From positions 1 through 64,000 of the forward strand of contig JAGWVR010000002.1 in assembly GCA_018970785.1 (NCBI GenBank): a stretch of DNA of 64,000 bases. Direction: 5' to 3'. The notes beneath the pieces were generated by a model, which was not told where the DNA came from, did no database searches, and worked only from the letters and a program-made list of their open reading frames with translations. The translations under genes and the position numbers were made by a program. This document shows positions 1 through 9,194 of the stretch, one piece after another; positions within the stretch are counted from its first letter, which is position 1; each line of letters opens with the position of its first letter. The DNA is from Planctomycetota bacterium (GTDB taxonomy: Bacteria; Planctomycetota; Planctomycetia; Pirellulales; UBA1268).

Positions 1-16
1 CCCCCGGTCGGCCCGA

Positions 17-47
17 GCTGAGGGAGGCCATGGATGGCTCCCTCAGC
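17..47 (-). terminator. GC-rich hairpin: perfect 10-bp stem GCTGAGGGAG/CTCCCTCAGC with an 11-nt loop, 8 nt downstream of the stop of minus-strand CDS 55..570; no U-tract
   Basis: Inverted repeat read directly from the sequence at 17-26 / 38-47. Position immediately 3' of the minus-strand stop codon. Confidence 0.35.
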
Positions 48-54
48 GCAATCT

Positions 55-570
55 TCAGAACCCGATGTAGGTGACGAGGATGTCACCGTGCTTCTGGAAG
101 CGGACGTGGACGCTGCAGCCGCAGCCGTAGTCGTACTTCACCAGACCGCAGCCGAGGAGCGTGCAGCGCGACGTCTCGCACGGGCATCCCTGGCAGCAGG
201 CGGGCAGGCACACCGGCACGCTCACCGACCGGCCGGTCTCCGGGCTGCAGGGAGTGAGGACCGTCTCCCAGGTCGGCTCGGCACAGCAGCCGGCACCGTG
301 GCGGTGCTTGTGCGCGTGCTTGTGACGGTACTTGATGCACGGGTTGGTGGGGCAGACGCTGATCGGCCCGCAGTCGGGCTCGACGGCACACGACGGATCC
401 ATCGCCATCATCGGCATCTCGGCGGCGCAGCCCGGCTCGGGAGCGGCGCAACTCGGATCGACGGCATGGCGACGGAGATGGCCGAAGCCGGCGAACGCGT
501 CGCCCGACAGGGCCGCCACCGCCACACAGAGGGCGACGGCGAGGCCGCCCACGAAGCGGGTACGAATCAT
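55..570 (-). CDS. Small secreted Cys/His/Met-rich protein, 171 aa; putative periplasmic metal-binding protein
   Basis: Start ATG at 570 preceded by AGGAGG with a 6-nt spacer on the minus strand. N-terminal signal peptide MIRTRFVGGLAVALCVAVAALSG. About 25 Cys including CC and CxC pairs, His-rich HKHAHKHRHG, Met-rich EMPMMAMD. GC3 is high on this strand and low on the overlapping plus-strand ORF 34..576. The longer ORF 55..756 has 62 extra N-terminal residues with no RBS. Confidence 0.6.
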   Translation of the reverse strand: MIRTRFVGGLAVALCVAVAALSGDAFAGFGHLRRHAVDPSCAAPEPGCAAEMPMMAMDPSCAVEPDCGPISVCPTNPCIKYRHKHAHKHRHGAGCCAEPTWETVLTPCSPETGRSVSVPVCLPACCQGCPCETSRCTLLGCGLVKYDYGCGCSVHVRFQKHGDILVTYIGF

Positions 571-997
571 CTTTGACCTCCTTGGCAGAGACTGGGACCG
601 GCGGATCTCCCCGCCGGCAGGACCCGGGATGCTGCCCGGCTCCACGCCAACCATGGCACACGCCCTCCGGCAGTCAAAAAACGGGCGTTTCCACACGTTT
701 ATTCCGGCCGCGCGGGCACGGCAGCGAGCTACGCACGCGCACCGGCGACGGTTCATTTCTCCCCGTCGTCACAACTTCGCGCCGCGCACGTCGCGTGACC
801 CCGGAGCCTCCACGACTGCCAGCCGCATCACTCGGCGGTACAGCGCCACGGCGCTGCCCCGTCACACCCCATCCCAGGGACCCGCGTCCCCCTCTGCTGA
901 GCCCGAGCGGAGGTTCGCCTCCCAACCCCGGTCCGAACCGAGGCGCAACAAACGCGCTGCAGCAGCGCGACCGAGCCACGCCTCCCGTCGGCCCACC

Positions 998-2140
<1,143 letters not shown>

Positions 2141-2193
2141 GGGTGTCTCCAGGGAGTGTCCTTCGATGCTACCACGGACCGCGAGCGGGGGCG

Positions 2194-3009
2194 TCAGCGG
2201 GCCGCGGCCGCCGGCTCGAGCGCCAACTCCGGCACCGGGGTGCCGTCGTCGCGGAGCTTGCCGGCGGCCCACAGCGTGCCCCGGGTGACCAGACCGAGAA
2301 ACTCTTCTGTCGCCACCGTTTCGGCGTAATGGCCGATCGTGGTGGCGAAGACGCGTGTCGGGCCGTACTGGTTGGTCCAGATGCACGTCTGGAGGGCATT
2401 GCGATCGGTGCTCAGCGCCTCGCCGAGCGGGGTCGCCGTCGGCCACACCTTGTCGGAGTAGTAGAGCTCCTCCTTGGGCACGGCCCATTCGCGCGGCATC
2501 CCGGCGAGGATCGGATGGCTGCCCAGCAGCCGGCAGGTGTAGGCGTAGTGGGCGCCGTGGCCGGGCGAGGTGATCCCGCAGAACCGGAACCACTCGTCGT
2601 TGCCGACGCGGTAGCAGTGCATGGCGCAGTGCATCAGCACCGCCGGAACCCCCTTCTTGTGCTCGGCGAGGATCTTCTCGAGGAACGTCGGGTCCTTGAC
2701 GTCGGAGAAGCACTCGTTGTGGAAGACGACGTCGTAGCCCTTCGCCCAGTCGGGCTTGCCGTAGATCGAGATCGGATGGTTGGTCGAGGTGCCCCCCTCG
2801 TGGACGACGGTGGTGCGGATCCGGGCCCGCGCCGCCATCCCGCGCACGATCAGCTCCTTCTGCGCGTCGTAGTCGTGGCAGCAGCCCCCGGTGACGTACA
2901 GCACCTCGAGCGGCTTGCCGGGATCGGCGGCCCGCGCGATCGGGTGTGCCGGCACAACGCCGACCAGCGCGATCCCCAGCAGCAGTGCCCGAAGCTCGGT
3001 GTGATGCAT
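2194..3009 (-). CDS. ThuA-family (class I glutamine-amidotransferase-like) secreted protein, 271 aa
   Basis: Signal peptide [27 protein letters not shown]. ThuA-like motifs [27 protein letters not shown] and [18 protein letters not shown] at 3009 with GGAGGG 8 nt upstream. It is the C-terminal part of the artefactual 1690-aa ORF 2194..7266. Confidence 0.65.
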   Translation of the reverse strand: MHHTELRALLLGIALVGVVPAHPIARAADPGKPLEVLYVTGGCCHDYDAQKELIVRGMAARARIRTTVVHEGGTSTNHPISIYGKPDWAKGYDVVFHNECFSDVKDPTFLEKILAEHKKGVPAVLMHCAMHCYRVGNDEWFRFCGITSPGHGAHYAYTCRLLGSHPILAGMPREWAVPKEELYYSDKVWPTATPLGEALSTDRNALQTCIWTNQYGPTRVFATTIGHYAETVATEEFLGLVTRGTLWAAGKLRDDGTPVPELALEPAAAAR

Positions 3010-3172
3010 CGACGAAGCCCTCCGCGAGTGTGTGCGGGGCGAGCGTACCACACACCATGCGCACCCCCCCTCCAGCAGCAGGCGACTCGACAGCATTCCG
3101 CGTGCCGATCGTCCGAGGCGATTGAGCCTCCGTGGGTTACGGCGAATCGAACCGACGCCGTGCCGCGCGGCG

Positions 3173-3178
3173 TATAAT
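3173..3178 (+). promoter_or_regulatory. Perfect sigma-70 -10 hexamer TATAAT in the divergent ThuA / flotillin intergenic region; no good -35
   Basis: Read directly at 3173-3178. An exact TATAAT is unusual in 70%-GC DNA. About 300 nt upstream of the flotillin-like CDS. Confidence 0.25.
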
Positions 3179-3194
3179 TGCAGCGTCGCCGAAT

Positions 3195-3212
3195 CGCGAT
3201 CGAACGATCGCG
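3195..3212. promoter_or_regulatory. 18-bp perfect palindrome CGCGATCG-AA-CGATCGCG, candidate operator
   Basis: Perfect 8-bp arms with a 2-nt spacer read from the sequence. It lies 17 bp downstream of the TATAAT hexamer, where an operator would overlap the transcription start. Confidence 0.3.
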
Positions 3213-3239
3213 GGCGGGGGACCCAAGCGGTGCGTTCGA

Positions 3240-3397
3240 CCACCTCCTGCGAGGTGGCGGCTGCACCTGGGGCGAAGGGGCATCCGTGCCCCCGGGTACT
3301 TTCAAGCCCGAGCCCGTCAGCTAACCCCGTAGGCATGGCCGGACGCGGTGTCCGGCCCGATTTGAAAGGGCATTCTTCGCCCCGACGCAGCGGGGCG
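3240..3397 (+). other. Structured 5' leader candidate upstream of the flotillin-like gene: three perfect GC-rich hairpins
   Basis: Hairpins at 3240-3257 (CCACCTC / GAGGTGG), 3337-3357 (GGCCGGAC / GTCCGGCC) and 3378-3397 (CGCCCCG / CGGGGCG), all read from the sequence. No coding potential in the region. Confidence 0.3.
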
Positions 3398-3480
3398 CGG
3401 CGCCCAGGATGAGCGTGCACCGGAAGCGGCGCCGCGGGCGGTTTCGCGCGCCGGTCCGGCAGCATGCCGGAGGGTGAACA

Positions 3481-5610
3481 ATGGTCTCGGTGGTGACATG
3501 GATCGCGGTCTGCCTCGCGGTGGGCCTGCTGGCGTTCTGGCTCTGTTTCCGCTGGATTCCCAACGACCGGATCGGCGTGGTCGAGAAATGGTGGTCGCTC
3601 GCCGGCAGCGTGCCGGAGGGGAGGATTCTGGCGCTCGGTGGCGAGGCCGGCTACCGCTCCGACGTGCTCCGCGGTGGCCTCCACTTCGGCTACTGGCGCT
3701 GGCAGTACGCGATCCACTCGGTGCCGCTGGTGACGATCCCCGAGGGGCGGATCGGCTACGTCTTCGCGCGCGACGGCGAACCGCTGCCCCCGGCGCAGAC
3801 GCTCGGGCGCGTGGTGGGGTGCAACAACTTCCAGGACGCGCGGGCCTTCCTCGGCGGCCCCGCCGGCCGGGCCGGCCAGCGCGGCCGGCAGCGGGCGATC
3901 CTCCGCGAGGGCGTGTACGCCATCAACCCGGCGCTGTTCACCGTGATCAGCGACACCGGCGTGTTCGCGCTCCGCGCCCTGCTCACCCGGTCGGAGCAGG
4001 CGGCGACGGCGAAGTGGCTCGAGGAGCTGCAGGCGGTCGACGGCTTCAGCCCGGTCGTCGTCGGCAAGGCACGCCCCGAGACGCCGGGTGCCGACCAGAC
4101 GACCGGTGGCGACTCGATCGCCATCGTCACGGTGCACGACGGACCGTCGCTGGCCCCCGGTGAGATCATCGCCCCGACGGTCGGCGGCGACCTCGCCGAT
4201 CCCGACTACCACAACAACTTCCAGGACCCGGAGGCCTTCCTCCGCGCCGGTGGCCGCCGCGGCCGGCAGCACATGGCGCTCACCGACGGCACGTACTTCC
4301 TCAACCGCTGGTTCGCCACGGTCGAGGTGATCGCCAAGACGGTCGTCCCGATCGGCTCGGTGGGCGTGGTCGTCAGCTACATCGGCCGCACCGGGGCCGA
4401 TGTCTCGGGGACGACGTTCCGCCACGGCGAGCGCGTGGCGGAGGGGGAACGCGGCGTCTGGGAGCGCACGCTCGGCCCGGGCAAGTACGCCTTCAACACC
4501 TACTCCGGCAACGTCGTCCTCGTGCCGACGACCAACTTCGTCCTCCACTGGGTGACGGGACGGAGCGAGTCGCACCGCTACGACGAGAGCCTGAAGAGCA
4601 TCGACCTGGTCACGAAAGACGCCTACGAGCCCTCGCTCCCGCTGTCGGTGGTCGTCCACATCGACTACCAGCGGGCGCCGAGCGTGATCCAGCGCTTCGG
4701 CGACGTCCAGCGGCTGATCACGCAGACGCTCGACCCGATGCTCTCGGCCTACTTCCGCGACATCGCCCACAAGAAGACGATGCTCGAGCTGCTCCACGAC
4801 CGCGACAAGATCCAGGCCGAGGCGCGCCTCGAGCTGCGCGACAAGTTCCACGAGTTCGACATCGAGTGCGTCGACGTCCTCATCGGCAAGCCGGAGACGG
4901 GCAAGGACTCGGGCAAGATCGAGACCCTCCTCGACCAGCTCCGCGAACGGCAGCTGTCGGTCGAGCAGCTCGAGACCTTCGAGCGGAAGCGCGTGGCCGC
5001 GGAGAAGATGCGGCTGCTCGCCGAGGCTCAGGCCCAGGCGAGCATGCAGACCAACCTCACCAACGCCCGCGTCGAGGCGCAGATCGCCGAACAGAAGGGG
5101 GAGGCGGAGCTGGCCAAGGCGCGGAAGTCGGCCGAGCAGATGGTGGTCATGGCCGAAGCCGAGCTTTCCCAGTCGCGCCGCCGCGCCGAGCAGACGGTGC
5201 TCCTCGCCGAGGCGGCCAGCCGCGAGAAGGAGCTCGAGGGGCGCGGCGAGAGCCGCCGGGTGATGCAGGTCGGCCTCGGCGAGGCCGCGGTCCAGCTCAA
5301 GAAGATCGCCAGCTACGGCGATCCGCGGCTGTACGCCCTCTCCGAGGTCGCCGCGGCGCTGTCGGGCAGCAGCCAGCCGCTGGTGCCCGAGCGGCTGTTC
5401 GTCACCGGCGGCGCCGGCGACGCGCCGCAGTCGGCGCAGGGGCTCGTCGGCACGCTCGTGGCGCTGCTCGTCGCCGAGAAGAGCGGGTTCGCACCGGCGA
5501 CCGTGGGCGCCGAAGACCCGCTGTCCCGGTTCGCCGACACGATGTCGGCGCGGGTGATCGACACGCTCTCGGCGGAGGACCCCGCCGCCACGCCGAAGGC
5601 CGGCGGCTGA
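3481..5610 (+). CDS. Flotillin-like SPFH/band-7 domain protein, 709 aa
   Basis: N-terminal TM helix, then an SPFH-like region, then a coiled-coil region with a flotillin-type Ala/Glu-rich heptad pattern (AEAQAQASMQ..AEQKGEAELAKARKSAEQ..AEAELSQSRRRAEQ). ATG with GGAGGG 7 nt upstream. High GC3. Confidence 0.7.
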   Translation: MVSVVTWIAVCLAVGLLAFWLCFRWIPNDRIGVVEKWWSLAGSVPEGRILALGGEAGYRSDVLRGGLHFGYWRWQYAIHSVPLVTIPEGRIGYVFARDGEPLPPAQTLGRVVGCNNFQDARAFLGGPAGRAGQRGRQRAILREGVYAINPALFTVISDTGVFALRALLTRSEQAATAKWLEELQAVDGFSPVVVGKARPETPGADQTTGGDSIAIVTVHDGPSLAPGEIIAPTVGGDLADPDYHNNFQDPEAFLRAGGRRGRQHMALTDGTYFLNRWFATVEVIAKTVVPIGSVGVVVSYIGRTGADVSGTTFRHGERVAEGERGVWERTLGPGKYAFNTYSGNVVLVPTTNFVLHWVTGRSESHRYDESLKSIDLVTKDAYEPSLPLSVVVHIDYQRAPSVIQRFGDVQRLITQTLDPMLSAYFRDIAHKKTMLELLHDRDKIQAEARLELRDKFHEFDIECVDVLIGKPETGKDSGKIETLLDQLRERQLSVEQLETFERKRVAAEKMRLLAEAQAQASMQTNLTNARVEAQIAEQKGEAELAKARKSAEQMVVMAEAELSQSRRRAEQTVLLAEAASREKELEGRGESRRVMQVGLGEAAVQLKKIASYGDPRLYALSEVAAALSGSSQPLVPERLFVTGGAGDAPQSAQGLVGTLVALLVAEKSGFAPATVGAEDPLSRFADTMSARVIDTLSAEDPAATPKAGG

Positions 5611-5666
5611 GCCCGCACGCCCGGCCCGTGCGCCGCGCCGGCGCACGGGCCGGCGCGGCCGGGCGG

Positions 5667-7340
5667 TCAGCGCGGAAGCTCCCCGGGGCCGACGACGTCC
5701 CCCGGCAGCAGCCGGAGGAGCGAAAGCCGCTCGTCGACCGGCTCGATCCTGGCGATGCGCCCGAGGCGCTCGCGCCAGCGGCGATCGGCGGTGACGACGT
5801 GGGTGATCCCGTAGCGGGCGATGAGCTCCGCGGCCGAGCGCTCGTCGAGGTTCCGTGGATCGACGTAGGTGTCGACGCCGGTCTGGGCGCCGAATCGGTA
5901 CGACTGCAGGACGCCGGCGGGCTCGAGAAACAGGACCCGCGCCCGCCGCGGGTCGTCGAGCGCCGCGACGGCGGCGCGGTCGTCTGCGTTGGCAAGCAGG
6001 TCGGGATCGAGGCGTGTCGGCGGCACGAACCCGCTCTCGCGGACGTGCCGTGCGAGCGTCGGCACGACCGCCACGGCAAGTGTCGCGGCGACCAGCGCCG
6101 CGTCGGCCCGTGGCGAGGCCAGACACACGAACCGGCGCTCGATGAACGCCAGCAGGCAGATGTCGAGAAACGCCACCGCCAGAAGGTGGTAGCGGAGAGG
6201 CTTGTACCCGGTGAGCGCAACCGACAGGCCGACGACGACCAGCGCCATCCCGGGCAGCAGCAGCCGGATCGGCGGCCGGACGCGCGCTGCGTCGACCGGC
6301 GGCTGATCGTGGCCCCGGGCCCGCTGGCCGCCGGTGCGGCGTCCCGCGACGCGCTCGCCGAGCGCGAGCCCGGCGGCGAGCACGACGAGGAGGAGAAACA
6401 TCCGGTCGGAGACGAGCGCCAACGGAAAACGCTCGCCGCAGACGAAGCGGACGTGGGCGAAGCTCTTCACGAGCCATCTGCCGGGGGCGTCGAACAGCGT
6501 CGGCGGCGGCGTGGGAAAAAAGTTGAGGACGTGGCTCGGCTCGGCGAGGAGGACGGTCCGTGTGTTGTCGCTCACGAACACCCGGCCGAAGTGATGGAGG
6601 GAGTAGACGCTCCAGGGCGCGAGCGTGGCGGCGTAGGCGACGAGGAACCGCGCCAGTGCGGCGAAGCGCCGCCCCGGCGAGTCGATGGCGACGGCGACAC
6701 CGAGGACGATTCCGCCGAGGAGGAAGTCGAAACGCGCGAGCGTGACCGCACCGGCGAGGACGCCGACGAGCCAGTCGCGCCGTGGCGTCCGGTCGGCGAG
6801 AAACACGGCCAGCGCGCCGAGGAACAGCAGCAGCGCCAACGGGATGCTCCGCCCGGCGACGACCTCCACCAGATACTCGCGGTTGCCGACGAGGCCGAGG
6901 AACAGCGCCGCCCCGACGGCGGGCCGGCCACAGACCAGCCGGGCCAGCCGCGTGAGGACCGGCAACGTGGCGGCGGCGACCGCGAGGTTGAGGAACGACC
7001 CGGCGTAGATCCCGACCGGAGCCAGCGCGAGCACGCCCGCCATCAGGACGGGAAGCAGCGGTGGAAACGAGGCTCCGTACCCCGGCTCGAACTGATACTG
7101 GCGGATGACGTCGACGTGGTAGAAGTCGGTGCCGATCTCCTGCGCGAGGTCGAGGTACGACCAGGAGTCGGCGGAATAGGGGGGCTTGCCGAGTGTCAGC
7201 AGCGCCGCGGCGACCAGCGTGGCAAGCGCCACGCACGACGCCGCGCCGGGCACTGTTCCCGACCACGACCAGGCACGCGTAGTGGCGAACTCGGCGCGAC
7301 CGAGCGGGACGGCGTCGTCGAGCGCCGGCACCGTGCTCAC
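5667..7340 (-). CDS. Polytopic integral membrane protein with a C-terminal soluble domain, 557 aa; possibly a PMT/ArnT-like glycosyltransferase fold
   Basis: About 10 hydrophobic helices. GTG start at 7340 (the ORF track M is GTG). High GC3. No diagnostic motif recognised. The overlapping plus ORF 4866..7373 is an Arg-rich artefact. Confidence 0.45.
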   Translation of the reverse strand: MSTVPALDDAVPLGRAEFATTRAWSWSGTVPGAASCVALATLVAAALLTLGKPPYSADSWSYLDLAQEIGTDFYHVDVIRQYQFEPGYGASFPPLLPVLMAGVLALAPVGIYAGSFLNLAVAAATLPVLTRLARLVCGRPAVGAALFLGLVGNREYLVEVVAGRSIPLALLLFLGALAVFLADRTPRRDWLVGVLAGAVTLARFDFLLGGIVLGVAVAIDSPGRRFAALARFLVAYAATLAPWSVYSLHHFGRVFVSDNTRTVLLAEPSHVLNFFPTPPPTLFDAPGRWLVKSFAHVRFVCGERFPLALVSDRMFLLLVVLAAGLALGERVAGRRTGGQRARGHDQPPVDAARVRPPIRLLLPGMALVVVGLSVALTGYKPLRYHLLAVAFLDICLLAFIERRFVCLASPRADAALVAATLAVAVVPTLARHVRESGFVPPTRLDPDLLANADDRAAVAALDDPRRARVLFLEPAGVLQSYRFGAQTGVDTYVDPRNLDERSAAELIARYGITHVVTADRRWRERLGRIARIEPVDERLSLLRLLPGDVVGPGELPR

Positions 7341-7730
7341 GTGTCGCTCCCTCGCCGAGGCAAGCGGCGCTAGCCAGCGCCGCGCGGGGCGGGACTATCC
7401 GGTCCGGCCATCACAGCGGTCAACGGCACTTTGATTGAAGGACCGCCAGGTCACAAACGTCCCGTCGCCCCAACGCCGGCGCGGAGGGGCTGCCCATGCC
7501 CCGAGAGCCGGCGTCTGTCGACGAGCGCAGCCATGGATGGCGAAGCGAAGTCGACATCCGAGCGAGCGGGAGGCCTGGAGGGCCGACGCGAGCGCGAGAG
7601 CGACGGGGCGTGGGCAGCCCCGAACTGTGGCCAGTCACCGGCGACCCGAAATCGCCGCTGCCTGCGCGGCGGCGAAGGCGCGAACACTTCCTACCCGCTC
7701 ACTTTGGTGATCCTGCGAAGTCGGGCTAGC

Positions 7731-9194
7731 ATGACGCGCCTCATGAGAACCACAGACCGGCCGCTGCACACCGAGACCGATTCCCCGATGCGCGACGCCA
7801 TCTTCACCGTGCTCGCCGCGGCGGCTGCCGGCGGAATGGGCTGGGGCATCCGTGGGCAGTACGGCCACGAGACCGGGGCGATGATCGCCGGCGTGCTCGT
7901 GAGCCTCGTGCTCGTTCTCCGCGTCTGCCCGCAGGCACCGCTCCTCGCCGCGGCACGCGCCGCGGCGCTGGGCACCGTTGCCACCGGCTTCGGCGGGTCG
8001 ATGACCTACGGCCAGACCGTCGGCCTGACACACGACGCGCCACTGGTCGGCAATTGGGACGCGCTCCGCTGGGGAATGCTCGGCCTGGCGCTGAAGGGAG
8101 GGCTGTGGATCGCCTTCACCGGGCTGTTCCTCGGCGTCGGCCTCGGCCGCCGCCGCGTCGGGTGGCGCGAGATGGCAGCGGTGATGCTCGCGATGATCGC
8201 GCTGTACCCGCTGGGCATCTGGCTCTTCAATCGCCCGTTCGATCCCGCGCAGCGCGTCCTCCCGCCGCTGTATTTCTCCGACGACTGGTACTGGGAACCC
8301 GACGCCGCGCTCAAGCCGCGCCCCGAGGTGTGGGGCGGGATGCTCGCGGCACTGGCGGCGGGTTGGGCATGGTGGGGGTGGGTGCGCGGCGACCGGCTCG
8401 CGCGGAACCTCGCCGTGTGGGGCTTCGTCGCCGGGGCGGTCGGTTTTCCCCTCGGCCAGAGCCTCCAGGCCTACCACGCCTGGAACCGGGCCGCGTTCGC
8501 CGCCGGCCCCTGGGCGGCGCTCGACTCGGTGATGAACTGGTGGAATTGGATGGAGACGACGTTCGGGGCGACGTTCGGGGCGATCCTCGCCGTCGGCCTG
8601 CTCGTCAACCGGCGTCACGTGGGGATCGTGGACGAGCCGGAGCAGCGGCCGGCCGAGCTCCCTCCGGCCGTCGCCGCGGCGCTGTTGCTGGTCCATGTCT
8701 GGCTCGTGATCGTGTGTGAATTCGCCGACGTGCCGGTGGTCGACGCCATCTACAACCATGGCCCCGTGCTCGGCTTCATCCCACTGGTCGTCGCGGCCGG
8801 GGGTCGGCAGTGGCCGTTCCTCGTCATCCTCCCGCTCACGCTCCTGCCGATCGCCGGGAAGACGCTCCGTGCCATGACCGCTTCCGAGCCTGTCGCGGCC
8901 CTGCTCGACTGGGCCGTGTGGGTGATCGTGCCGCTCGCGCTGGCGACGTGGCTGGCGACCGGGCTGATGAGGCTGGCCCGCGATCCCAGGGCGACCGCGC
9001 GGCATCTCGCCGCGCCCCTGTCGTTCGTCACGCTGGTCTATTGGGGTCTCAACTTCGCGTTCTTCAAGTTTCCCTGGCCGTGGCAGACCTGGACCGCCCG
9101 GACGCCCAATGCGCTGTGCTTCACGCTCTGCGCGGCAGTGCTCCTGGCGGTTGCGGTCGTGGCCGCCCGCATCCCCCGTGGTACCCCGACATGA
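7731..9194 (+). CDS. Trp-rich polytopic membrane protein of unknown function, 487 aa
   Basis: About 12 TM segments with many W/G-rich loops (WYWEPD, WAWWGWV). The ATG at 7731 (MTRLMRT) is preferred over the ORF-track start at 7431, because the 100 upstream residues are low-complexity with poor GC3. Its stop overlaps the start of the downstream S9 peptidase (ATGA). Confidence 0.5.
   Translation: MTRLMRTTDRPLHTETDSPMRDAIFTVLAAAAAGGMGWGIRGQYGHETGAMIAGVLVSLVLVLRVCPQAPLLAAARAAALGTVATGFGGSMTYGQTVGLTHDAPLVGNWDALRWGMLGLALKGGLWIAFTGLFLGVGLGRRRVGWREMAAVMLAMIALYPLGIWLFNRPFDPAQRVLPPLYFSDDWYWEPDAALKPRPEVWGGMLAALAAGWAWWGWVRGDRLARNLAVWGFVAGAVGFPLGQSLQAYHAWNRAAFAAGPWAALDSVMNWWNWMETTFGATFGAILAVGLLVNRRHVGIVDEPEQRPAELPPAVAAALLLVHVWLVIVCEFADVPVVDAIYNHGPVLGFIPLVVAAGGRQWPFLVILPLTLLPIAGKTLRAMTASEPVAALLDWAVWVIVPLALATWLATGLMRLARDPRATARHLAAPLSFVTLVYWGLNFAFFKFPWPWQTWTARTPNALCFTLCAAVLLAVAVVAARIPRGTPT

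Noticed and set aside
34-576. Plus-strand ORF with an apparent GGAGG immediately before ATG 34
   Set aside because: Third-codon positions are A/T-rich, atypical for this genome. The minus-strand frame (55..570) has high GC3, a signal peptide and a properly spaced AGGAGG. The GGAGG belongs to the stem of the terminator hairpin.
2194-7266. 1690-aa ORF on the minus strand (and the 835-aa plus-strand ORF 4866..7373) spanning several genes
   Set aside because: Arg/Ala/Pro-rich low-complexity translation antisense to the well-supported flotillin-like and membrane-protein genes. This is a product of the 70% GC content, where stop codons are rare in all frames. Only its C-terminal 271 aa (the ThuA-like gene) is real.
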